From positions 1 to 36,272 of the forward strand of contig JWZX01002490.1 of assembly GCA_001275005.1 (NCBI GenBank): a stretch of 36,272 bases of DNA, written 5' to 3'. Within the stretch, counting starts at the first letter, position 1. Each line of letters starts with the position of its first letter. Below are positions 9,517 through 19,259 of the stretch, in pieces. Below the pieces are notes generated by a model that was not told where the DNA came from, ran no database searches, and saw only the letters and a list, made by a program, of their open reading frames with translations. The translations under genes were made by a program, and so were the position numbers. Origin of the DNA: Chrysochromulina tobinii (Eukaryota).

Positions 9517-11109
9517 TCACAGCCCTCGCGTATTCCAATCGCCTCGGCGCATAAGCTTGATCATCTGCTGCGGCGCGCACGGCAGAACCTCGAGCTTACT
9601 AAGGAGCTTCTCGTTGAACGAGCGTGGAGGCAAGGCGGGCGGTCCTAGAGACATGCCAGGTGTGTGCGCGCGGCGGCCCACAGCAGGCGCGCTGCCGCCG
9701 CCGCCTTCGCTTTCGCCCGCCCCTCTGTGGGCGTGCGCGGCTCGCCGCGGCCGCAGCGTCTGCGCATCCGCCGTTATCGACAGCCGAGGATCTGCGACTT
9801 GGGCATCGGCATGCGCCGACGCTTTTGCGTCCCCGTCTCCCGCCATCGGAGTGGCGTGCCCTCCGGTGCCCAGGAAGGCGGGCTCGCTGCATGACGCACG
9901 CAGCGCGTGGCTGCTTCCGATGGACAATGCGGTGCCAGTTGCGGGCCTAGTACCGACCGACGCCATCGCCTCGGCCATGTCGAACGTGGCCGATGCGCTC
10001 ATGTCGAACGATAGGCTCGAGGGCGAGGCGAGCGCGCCCGACGGCGAGCGCAACGGCGGCCGAGTGCGCCGCCCCCCCCGCTCCATGTGCACGGCCGCCT
10101 TCCGAGTGAGCGCCGCATCGGGCTGCGTGCGGTTGAGGACGTCAAACTGCCAGGAGCTGAGCCGGCTTGGGTCAACTGCCATCGAAAAGCGGCCGACGGA
10201 GCGAAGCGGCTTGAGCGCCATCGTAGTCATTGTGCGCGGACCCATGGAGCTCTTCCGTGTAACGGCCGCGAGCGCCGCGCTCGAGGCGTTCGAGGTGGTC
10301 ATCGAAAAGGTGGCAGCCGGCAGGCCGGGCATGTAGGCGCTGAAGAGCGCGGCGGTGCTGGCGCCGTAGGTCGAGCCAAACGCCAGTACTGGCGCCGGCG
10401 CCGGCTCGAGGCCACGGCGCAGGTTCACATTCGGCGTGCCCAGCACCATCAGTGCCGAGGGCAACGGCGGCGGGAGCACCATCGAGGGCAGCGCATGATC
10501 CGGTTCGGGAATCGGCATCGTGGCGACGGGCCGCGCGGCAAAGAGCGGCCGGTCGTCCACAGCTAAGGAGCGCTCCTGCTTGCTCGGCGGCGGCTTGCGT
10601 GGTGGCAATATGACCATCGGCGTGGTCACCACGTTCGCGCAGGATGTCGAGTCGAGCACGTCTGCGCCGAAAGTGTAGCGCGGCACGGGCAGCGGCACGA
10701 CGCGCGCGCCGCCCGCGGGCGACGGCATCGTCAGCGGCGCAGGTAGCATTATCGTCGCCGCGGGCACGTAGTGGTCAGGTGTGAAGCGGTATGCCGGCGA
10801 GGGCGCGCACGAAGGCGCTGCCGGAATCTCCTTCGTGCCCGCAGGCGTGAGCGGTGGTGCGTCCGGCAAAGTGAGAACGATGGCCTCGGGACCGTCTTGC
10901 GATCCCGATACCAGCTCGGCTGCCGCAGCACCTTCGCTCCTGCCCTTGGCATCCAGCGGCGTCGTGATGATGAATTCGTCGGTGCCGCTCGCAAGTAGCG
11001 AAGAGCGAGGCGAGCGGATGGCCGGCGACGCCGGTCGTGGGCCAGCACCGATGGCAAATTGTGGCGCCGCTCCACCGCAGGTGCGTCCAGAGGACGTGTG
11101 CCTCAACAT
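9517..11109 (-). CDS. Hypothetical Pro/Ala/Ser-rich protein
   Basis: Long ORF (9517..11226) with host-like codon usage. The likely start is ATG 11109 (MLRHTSSG). No domain recognised. Confidence 0.6.
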   Translation of the reverse strand: MLRHTSSGRTCGGAAPQFAIGAGPRPASPAIRSPRSSLLASGTDEFIITTPLDAKGRSEGAAAAELVSGSQDGPEAIVLTLPDAPPLTPAGTKEIPAAPSCAPSPAYRFTPDHYVPAATIMLPAPLTMPSPAGGARVVPLPVPRYTFGADVLDSTSCANVVTTPMVILPPRKPPPSKQERSLAVDDRPLFAARPVATMPIPEPDHALPSMVLPPPLPSALMVLGTPNVNLRRGLEPAPAPVLAFGSTYGASTAALFSAYMPGLPAATFSMTTSNASSAALAAVTRKSSMGPRTMTTMALKPLRSVGRFSMAVDPSRLSSWQFDVLNRTQPDAALTRKAAVHMERGGRRTRPPLRSPSGALASPSSLSFDMSASATFDMAEAMASVGTRPATGTALSIGSSHALRASCSEPAFLGTGGHATPMAGDGDAKASAHADAQVADPRLSITADAQTLRPRRAAHAHRGAGESEGGGGSAPAVGRRAHTPGMSLGPPALPPRSFNEKLLSKLEVLPCAPQQMIKLMRRGDWNTRGL

Positions 11110-11297
11110 CTCAGCCGGCCGGCTACAATGTATCGTGAACGTGAACCTGTCGGCGCGCCCCCAAGCACACGTGAACCAAGTTGGCCACTTCGATCGCTCT
11201 ACATGTAACAGTCTTCTTCGATTCATTCAGACACAAGCCCCCGCAATTTTGTTGACACATTTCACGTTCACACCGCTGTAAGGCGTCAACATTATCC

Positions 11298-13629
11298 ATG
11301 CGGTCCACCTTCCATTCTTTGGTCAACCTTCTAGGTACGCTCGAGCCACAGCGCTCATTGGGCCGACACTTTGCTCACAGTCCCACACACGTGCCCGCTT
11401 CCTCCGATTGCAGCAGGAGCCCTCGGCGCGCAGCAGGCACTCTTTCCAAGTGGCAACCTCTTCCCAAGCAGCGATGCCTTCGCCACAAGGCTCTTCCCGT
11501 CAGTGGACCCGCCCGCCGTCACGGCGTCGACTACAGGATTCCCATCGTGCCCGTCCACAATGCGTGGAACGCCGTGCTCGGGCCACGGCAATTGCTCGCA
11601 TATTGGCGTGTGTGCGTGCTTCCGTGGCTGGGGGGGTGATAACTGCTCGCAGCCGCGGTGCTCGCTCCGTTGCTCAGGACACGGCCGGTGCCCGCTGGGT
11701 GACGCCGAGGGTGCTTGCGTGTGCGACCTTGGCTACGCGGGCTACGACTGCGCTGAGCACGCGCCGCCGCCCTCGCCACCACCCTCGCCGCCGCTCGCAA
11801 CGTTCCTTCCTGTCGCTCTGCAGGTCACCACACTGCATCTCAATGTGACGGCGCGCACAAAAGTGCACGCGACCAGGCCACTGCGGCCGCTGGCGACGGC
11901 GCTACCACCCGGTGCACAGGTCGCATACTGGAGCGTCGATGGTGCCCCCGAATCGCCGTCGCCGCAACTGCTCAGCACGCTAGCCTCGCTAGGCGCTGCC
12001 GAGCCGGCGCGCGTGCTTGCTACTTCGGCGCTGCGCGAGGACGAGGCAGCGACGGCGCTGGGTGCGCGCAGCGCGAGTGCGGCCATTGGCGGTGCCTTCG
12101 CCTCCGCCTGGCAGTCGGAGCCGCCCGAGCCCCTAGCTCCGCGCGCCGTCGTGGCCTCTGCCGTCGACTGGCGCGCGGGCCGCGCGTACGTGGCGCTCAG
12201 CCTCACGCCCTCAGGGAGCCCACGCGGTCGGCGCCCGAGCGTGCTGCAGCTAGCGCTGCCGTCGATGGCGCTCGTGGGGGCGACAGGGTCATTCGGCTCG
12301 CCCGATATGGTTGAGGTTGGCACCCTGGCCCTCGGCGGCGACGCGAGTGAGTCTGCTGTGGCGCCCGGGTGGCTTCATGCGGTGCTCCTCTCCCTCTCAG
12401 CCACTGCTGCCGAGCTCGTGACCCTCCGTCTGCCCGAGCTGCAGCCGGTGCACGCGCTTCGCCTCGACGTGCCCTCGGCGCCACGTGCCGCCCAATACGA
12501 CGCACGCACCGCCACCCTATACCTGCTGTGCACCGGCTCGGCGGCCGGGCAGCCGCGCCTACTACGCGTGCCCATGCGTGGTGGCCAGCCAGCAGCGCCG
12601 CCGCGGGGCGCCGATACGCTCTCTCCGGCATGGGCGGGCGCACTGCCTCTGCTGCTCGCCTTCCCCGCCTCGCGCCTCCTCCTCCTCCTCTCCGACACCG
12701 AAGCCGAGCCCTCGCGCCCCCATTGGGCCGCCGCCGCGCCGCCGCGCCTGTGTCGCGTGCGCATGGGCACGTCGCTGCCATCGTCCGCTGAGGCATGCAC
12801 GCAGCTGCACGGCCGGTACTCGGCCGAGCAGGTAACGACGGCCGCGGCAGACGACAGCGCGGGCGCGGCGTACTTGGGCTGCCGCTCGGGGGCGCTGCTG
12901 CGGCTGCGCCTCTCGCCACTAGTCGTGGACGTCCTCATCCGCCCGTCACTCGCCGCGATGAGTGCCGCCCTCTTCCGTCCCTCGGACGGCGCCCTTTGGC
13001 TGGCGACGAGCGACGGCGAGCTCTTGCAGCTGCAAACGCGCGCACACAGCGCGGCGGCCGCGTATACAGCGGTGGCCACCACCGCCTCGACGGCCCCCGC
13101 GTGCACCCACGAGCCATGCCTGCACGCTCAAGCTGGCCGCGCCAGTGTACTCCTGCAGCGGCCGCCTCCACCAGCGGCGGTGGCGGCGGCATCGGCGCCG
13201 CCGCCGTCGCCGCCACCGCCACCGCCGCCGCCCGCGATGAGCTTGGTGGCCAGCCTGGTCGGATGGGTACACCACCGCCTTGCCCAGCGCACCGTTGTTG
13301 TCGAGCAGCAGTTGGCGAGCGCGAGCGCGAGTGCGAGGCCCCCAAAGCCGCCCCACCCCTCGCCGCCACCCCCGCCGTCACCTCCCTTCCCACCGCCGCC
13401 GCCGTCGACGAAGGCGATGCGCGCGCCGCGCAGCGAACCTGTATTTTCGCTCGGGTCCCTCTGGATCCACGATCGTCTCGGCATGCTACCCACGGCGGCG
13501 CTCATGCTGCTCGCGTGCTTCTGCGGCGGCCAGATCGGCAGCGCAATGTATCGGCTGTGCCGTGGAACGTGCGCACGCCGGCGCCCAGTGGTCCAGGGGC
13601 TGGAGAAGCTGCCGCCAAATCGGAGGTGA
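11298..13629 (+). CDS. EGF-like repeat, single-pass membrane protein; predicted join(11298..11334,11414..13629)
   Basis: Two tenascin-type EGF repeats (CSGHGNCSHIGVCACFRGWGGDNC; CSGHGRCPLGDAEGACVCDLGYAGYDC), poly-Pro linkers and a C-terminal hydrophobic segment (LGMLPTAALMLLACFCGG). A GTACGC...TTGCAG intron at 11335-11413 joins ATG 11298 in frame and yields a signal-peptide-like MRSTFHSLVNLLAGALGA. Confidence 0.75.
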
Positions 13630-13884
13630 ACGATCTGAGTACACATCGCCTTTCCCCCGGGTTGCTTGGTTCGTGTACTAGCCACGTAGGGTTCGGTTGT
13701 TCGCGATGAACGTTTGATGAAGTAACGTGTCGACATCGTGTGTGAGAACCCGGCCCGGCGTCCGCTTTAAGTTCCGCTTCATTCAATTGGATTCCTTTTC
13801 CGTTACGGATGTTTGTTACATGTCCCAGCGGGTGTACTCCTCGGCACCGCGGCGCTCACGGCCAAACGCGGTGCGACGGTCCGG

Positions 13885-16119
13885 TCAACGATCAAACCCG
13901 TGGACCTTGCGCTCGACGACCTCGTGGAAGATGGCATTGAGTGCCGGGTGCGCCTCGCCAACGGAGCGCTGAGCGGCACGCACACGCTGCAGCCCATGCG
14001 CGGAGACGAGTGCGTACACGCACGCAGTCACCTCGCGGGGCGCCACGGGCGCAGACCCCACCGCCGCCGTCGTGGGCTGTGGGTTGCATTCGTCCAGCAG
14101 ACGATGGGAGGCAGCGAGGGCCTCGGTGACAGAGGCGCCCTCGTCGTCGCCCGCGGCATGGAGACGCATCAACGTAGTGCATGCTTCCGTCCATAGGGCC
14201 TGAGCACCCGCACGCACAGGGCCCTCGGCGGGCGCGGTGTCCTCTGTCCCATCAAGCACCTCCTCGATCGCCTGCACCGTGCGTGTGTATGCGGCGCGTG
14301 CCTCGGCAGGCCGCAGCAGCCGCTCGGCCAGACGCGCGCGTTCGAGCCACCGCTGGGCCTCTGCCTGCGCGCTCTTCTTGGGCACGCCGCCAGGCATACC
14401 GGCAGTGGCCGAGTGCCGATCGGCGGCAGCCCCACCTTCCATGCCGCCCTGTCGCGCCGCTGTGCTCCCATCAGCCACAGCCCCCCTCTCGTCCTCCGCG
14501 CGCCACGCCGCCATCGCGACCATGTCGGCATGCAACTGCTCGAAGAGCTCATCGAGCCATGCATGGCACAGCGGCTTGCGCAGCGGGCCGTCCGTTGAGG
14601 GCACGCCGATAGTGCCGGGCAGCGGCCGCGCGCACGGCGCAGCTTCGTCAAGTCCGGACTCGTTGTCACCGCGACTCAGGCTTGTGGGATCGTGGGTCCA
14701 CCGGTACCCACCACCCGTGAAGCCGCCCGAGCCATCGCGCATGTCACCGCCTGCACCGTGCGTGGCTGCGTTCACCGCGCAGCTCCCTCCGTGCTCTGCC
14801 GCGCCTGCCACGTCGCTGGCCGGCAACGTCGGCTCGCCCTCCATGGCGAATGAGGCGCTCCGAAAGCTCAGCAGCCTCTCCCAACCTACGTCCCGGAGCA
14901 GCTCAGCCAGCACATGATAGGCCGCGGTCCTCGTGTGCTCCTGAGCTGCCTCCATCTCGTGCGCTCGCCCCGATGCTCCCTTGCCGGCAGCGCGGCGCAG
15001 CTCGCAAGCGCCGGGTGGCGAGGCCTCGCGTAGCAGCTCCACAGGCGCGGCATTGAGCGTGCGCAGCGCAGCCACAGCCCATCCCTTGGCGAGCTGAACA
15101 CGCGCGAGAAGCATCCATCCCCGGCGTCGGCTGGGGCCGAGTTGCACCGCATTCGTAGCCACGCACAACGCCGCGTCCAGCATCTGGCACTGCAGCAGCA
15201 GCTCGCCTTGCGCGATCAGCAGCGACGCATCCGATGGCGCCGCGTCGAGCGCCGCTCCCAGCGTGAGGATCGCCTCGGGGAGCTGCCCGAGCGCGCGCTG
15301 GGCAGCGGCCACCCGCTCCGCACAGCAGCCGAGCAACGTGGCGAGCGGGTCGAAGAAGGCCACCGCCTGCTCAAATCGGAACGAGTGGCTGAAGAAGTGG
15401 TACAGCGCCTCGACCAGCAACGGTGCCGAGGCGGCCCCCGGCCCGACCAAGCCCGTAGCTGCGTCGTCCACCGCAGCATCGAACAGGTCGGCGGCACGCT
15501 CGGCGGATGCTCCCTCGAAGCTTGCGCTCGCCGCGCGTAGGAGATATCGCCGAGCTGCGCTCAAAAAGTCGTCCTCTGCCGGTTGCGCCGGCTGCAGGGA
15601 TCGGATGCCGGCGACCGGAGGTAGTGGACACAGCGCGCGGAGCGTGGCGCTGATCGCGGCGCGACTCCAAGTTTGCTCATCGACGGATACTTCGACGATG
15701 TCGCCCATCGCTGTAGGATGCAGGGCGCTTGCGCTCACGCCGCCAGGGATGGACACGTGCACCCGCAGGTCTTGGCCGGCGAGAGCGTCCCAGCAACAAT
15801 ATACTGCGGAGAGGCTTGTGGTCTCTGGATGCTCCGCGGCAAGATCAGCCACGTACCCGGCAATGGGCGCTGGTGACGACACGTCGAGGCCAATCAAGTG
15901 GTGGAAGATACCTGTCGAGGCAGGCTCATTTTCCTCCGACATGCCCAGCACAAGACCACGCAGCGATGGAAGCAGCCCGATAGCCGTGCTCTGCTGGACG
16001 ACCAGATAGCACAAGTCCGGAGGCCCAAGGTTCTCCGCGGACCCCAGCGCTGCAGTTCGCATGGCGAGCGCCGCGCCGGCGCCGATAGTCGCATCGCTGC
16101 CGTCCAGAGATGGTCGCAT
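13885..16119 (-). CDS. ChAPs family (Chs6/Bud7/Bch1-like exomer cargo adaptor), TPR-containing
   Basis: N-terminal RTAALGSAENLGPPDLCYL, FHHLIGLDVSS and YCCWDALAGQDLRVHVSIPGGV match the ChAPs signature. Also TPR-like helices, ALRTLNAAP, AYHVL...VGWERLLSFRSASFAME and KPLCHAWLDELFEQLHADM. Likely start is ATG 16119. Confidence 0.85.
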   Translation of the reverse strand: MRPSLDGSDATIGAGAALAMRTAALGSAENLGPPDLCYLVVQQSTAIGLLPSLRGLVLGMSEENEPASTGIFHHLIGLDVSSPAPIAGYVADLAAEHPETTSLSAVYCCWDALAGQDLRVHVSIPGGVSASALHPTAMGDIVEVSVDEQTWSRAAISATLRALCPLPPVAGIRSLQPAQPAEDDFLSAARRYLLRAASASFEGASAERAADLFDAAVDDAATGLVGPGAASAPLLVEALYHFFSHSFRFEQAVAFFDPLATLLGCCAERVAAAQRALGQLPEAILTLGAALDAAPSDASLLIAQGELLLQCQMLDAALCVATNAVQLGPSRRRGWMLLARVQLAKGWAVAALRTLNAAPVELLREASPPGACELRRAAGKGASGRAHEMEAAQEHTRTAAYHVLAELLRDVGWERLLSFRSASFAMEGEPTLPASDVAGAAEHGGSCAVNAATHGAGGDMRDGSGGFTGGGYRWTHDPTSLSRGDNESGLDEAAPCARPLPGTIGVPSTDGPLRKPLCHAWLDELFEQLHADMVAMAAWRAEDERGAVADGSTAARQGGMEGGAAADRHSATAGMPGGVPKKSAQAEAQRWLERARLAERLLRPAEARAAYTRTVQAIEEVLDGTEDTAPAEGPVRAGAQALWTEACTTLMRLHAAGDDEGASVTEALAASHRLLDECNPQPTTAAVGSAPVAPREVTACVYALVSAHGLQRVRAAQRSVGEAHPALNAIFHEVVERKVHGFDR

Positions 16120-16640
16120 CGCTGTGTGTGGTGCTGAGATGAACGCTGCTGTGAAACACACGACGCACGCGCTCTCCGGACCCCTAGCTAGGGCCTCTAT
16201 CGCTATGGACGGAGGTGTCGCCGACACAACCTGGCCATACAAAGTCCGTTAATCGGCAGAAGGTGGGGGCGAGGCAACCACCTCACCACACCAAAGTGTA
16301 ATCCGATGGTACGGACCGCTGTGTTCGCGGCAGCGGCCCGCTTACGGCCCGCTGCGGCAGCACGGACGCGCGAGCGCCTCGGTGCCGGTACGCCTGCTAG
16401 CATCGTGCTGTGTTGTTCAACACAACGCGTATGGACCTCCGGACCCGCCTCAACACGAGCACGAGGCGCGCGCGTCTCGATTTCCGAATTTAATTCCGAA
16501 TCGTTCTTCAATCGCTCGATGCGTCGCGGATGTGTGGCCATCGTCAGTTAGTAGTTGTCAGCACGACGCCCGAAAAAAAGACGTGGCTCGATGAGTAATC
16601 TGGCCGCACCCACAAACACACACATTCTGTAATAGGATTC

Positions 16641-17354
16641 CTACGGTTCCACGATGATTCGACTCCATTCATCGGACACGACGCCATCCTCATCCTCTAC
16701 CCTCACCAGCTCTCGCCTCACGGCCGGCGGCTCGCCGAGAAAGCAGATGAGCGAGTAGCGCGAACCGTATGTAATGCGCGAAACGCCGTGCACAGTCCTG
16801 GACAAGTGCACAGTTGCCGTGCCTGCTTCACGCTCAAAGGTTCTCGCACCATTAGGAAAGAGACCTATGAGTCGACCGCCACCGTGACTCAAGTCGTCTG
16901 AAATGGCCACGTTGACCGTCACCGCCGCACGATCTTGATGGAAAGCGTGCCACGGCCGCGTCTCTGGAGAGTATCTTCTCACGAAGGCTTCAACCAGGGG
17001 CAGGGGCCGCCTCCCGCTGCCTCCACTGGTGAGGTCCAGCTCACGACCGACCGCAAGGATTGCAGCAACACTTTCCGCACCCACGAGCGCGACGAGCTCG
17101 TCCACACTCAAGTTTAGCTGATAGTCGGCCGCACCGTCGACTGTATCGCGTTCGACACTCACCCGGGCATCTATTGCAGCTCTTAGTGCTGCGCATGCCG
17201 ATACGGAAAGAAGTGCTTCCCTCGTCAGAACGTGAGCATTTGTTCCAATTGGGAGCGCCACGTGCAGTGCTGGCAGTGCGTTTCGTACAGCCTGAGGTGA
17301 TATATCGCCGCCGTCTAGAAGGAGCTGGCGCAAGGCCGGCGGCATGGCCGCCAT
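16641..17354 (-). CDS. 2-oxoglutarate/Fe(II)-dependent oxygenase (prolyl/lysyl hydroxylase-like)
   Basis: FVRRY...FHQD (HxD)...VTVNVAI...GGRL...VHGVSRITYGSRYSL supplies the distal His and the 2OG-binding Arg. Start is ATG 17354 or 17345. Confidence 0.85.
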   Translation of the reverse strand: MAAMPPALRQLLLDGGDISPQAVRNALPALHVALPIGTNAHVLTREALLSVSACAALRAAIDARVSVERDTVDGAADYQLNLSVDELVALVGAESVAAILAVGRELDLTSGGSGRRPLPLVEAFVRRYSPETRPWHAFHQDRAAVTVNVAISDDLSHGGGRLIGLFPNGARTFEREAGTATVHLSRTVHGVSRITYGSRYSLICFLGEPPAVRRELVRVEDEDGVVSDEWSRIIVEP

Positions 17355-17592
17355 GACCCAATACACGTACGTGTCTGTTGGCAGCACAAGGCAAGTCAGG
17401 TCAAGTCAAGAAAAGGAATGTCCGTTTTGAACGGACGGGGCGGGGTCATCCGATGTATGCTCGCGCGGAACATGAACTCGATTGGCGAAGACATTAAGCC
17501 CGCGGCACGCGCGCCGCGCGCCGCGTTGGCACATAGACGGGCTGTGGAGGCACGTTCGAAAGTCGTTTTTTGCCTTGGACGGCAAGACCGCC

Positions 17593-18410
17593 ATGCCTGC
17601 TCCCAAACGTGCTCCCAAGGGCACGAAGAAGCCCGAAACAGATGCCGTAAAGTACAACACCCTCGACCTTGATTACCTTCGGCGCCAATTCGACGAATTC
17701 GACAAGGACAAGTCTGGTTTCCTCGAGGAGGATGAGTGCAAAGCCGCGCTTGCAAAGATTGGTAGCAACCTGAAGTTCGCGGACCTGGATACTGATAAGG
17801 ACCATAAGATCTCGTTCGAAGAATTCACGGTGCGTGCCTCAACATCTTGTACCATCACACGGTAGAGCTTGGGCCATCTTTATAACGATGGGACAGCGTG
17901 CGCGTGTCCCCGCATGCACAGATCTTCACGCAGCTTGTGGGCAGGCACACGCACCCTATCTTCAAGAAGCAGGGCAGGAACGTCTCAACTGATACCTTCT
18001 CGAAGACGGGCATCAGCATCTTTGCGGGTGAGGCTCACCTCAACGAATCGTTCATGAAGATCGCAAGCAATGCGTGGCGGAAGCTCGCTGAGCAGGCACG
18101 CCTTCAGGGCTTCACTGCCGAATCGGTTGAGAGGTCGTTCAATGCCATCGACCGCGACGGCGACGGCGAGCTTGACCCGGGAGAGATTCGGTTGGCAATC
18201 AAGGAGTTTGCCCCGCAGCTGACGGAGATCGATATCACCATTATGCTTGCCTGTGCCGACAAAGATGACAGTAGCGCCATCTCCTTGGATGAATTCAAGG
18301 ACTTGGTGTTACATGCTGCCGATCAGGACGTGAAGTACTGGGAAAAGTACGGCTCCCGAGACATGCACACGAGCGTCGTCAAGGACCGGAAGCATCAGAT
18401 CAGGTATTGA
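17593..18410 (+). CDS. EF-hand calcium-binding protein (4 EF loops); join(17593..17829,17922..18410)
   Basis: Loops DKDKSGFLEEDE, DTDKDHKISFEE, DRDGDGELDPGE and DKDDSSAISLDE. A 92-nt GTGCGT...CACAG intron at 17830-17921 joins two ORF-track fragments in frame. Confidence 0.9.
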
Positions 18411-19259
18411 TTGACGCTGGCGACCTTGACCTCAACCTTGACTGTGATGGCTCGTGAGCTCGATGCGGGTTAACCACAACGACGTTAACGTGAATTGACT
18501 GGGAAGTCGGCCGCGTGGTTCTGGTCAGATGCGCGGTGCGCGCGGCCGCCCCACCTTCGCTATCTGACTATCACGCGCTCACCCTTACGGCGCGCAACAG
18601 TGAACGCCGCTATCGACGCCGCTATACGCTATACGTGTACCCCAGTCCCGTCCCCTCTTACTACCACATCAGACTGATATTACATACGTGTGTCGTCGTC
18701 TGTATGAATGTTGCTCTACATCAAGAGACCCCGCTTCGTTTACTGCTTCGAACGAAGTTTGAACATTGAAGTTACCGTCCGCGGCGGGTCACGGGCTGCG
18801 ATGTGTGAAGCTGCTCAGCCCGCCCGGGCGCGACGCCCGGCCTGCGGCCTGGGGAAAACTGTCCCGGACCGTCACTCTGTGTTCTCTGTCAGAACTCACT
18901 GGCGTGGACACTGCACTGCAGGCCGGATCTGAGTGATCATCTTGCCGGGAGGTGACCAGGCGCGTCGCGCGCACCACCCTGACCAACACGCTACCAATAC
19001 GCACACACATGTGACTCTTGACTGGCGCCATCTTGTCGTGAAACAGCCTCTTGGTCGTTCTGAGCATCACCATATCGTGTGCCGAACCGTCCACCTCCGC
19101 TTGGCCTTCTCCACGCACGATCGTGCCTGCCGTTCCTAGCCCGGTTCATGCTCGACACGTTGTGTCCCATGACAACAATGCATTGTCCGCCGTGCCAGCG
19201 CTCCCGTTGGGCATGTGTACAATACACATGCATCTCAGTAACCATGACAGAATATGAAC

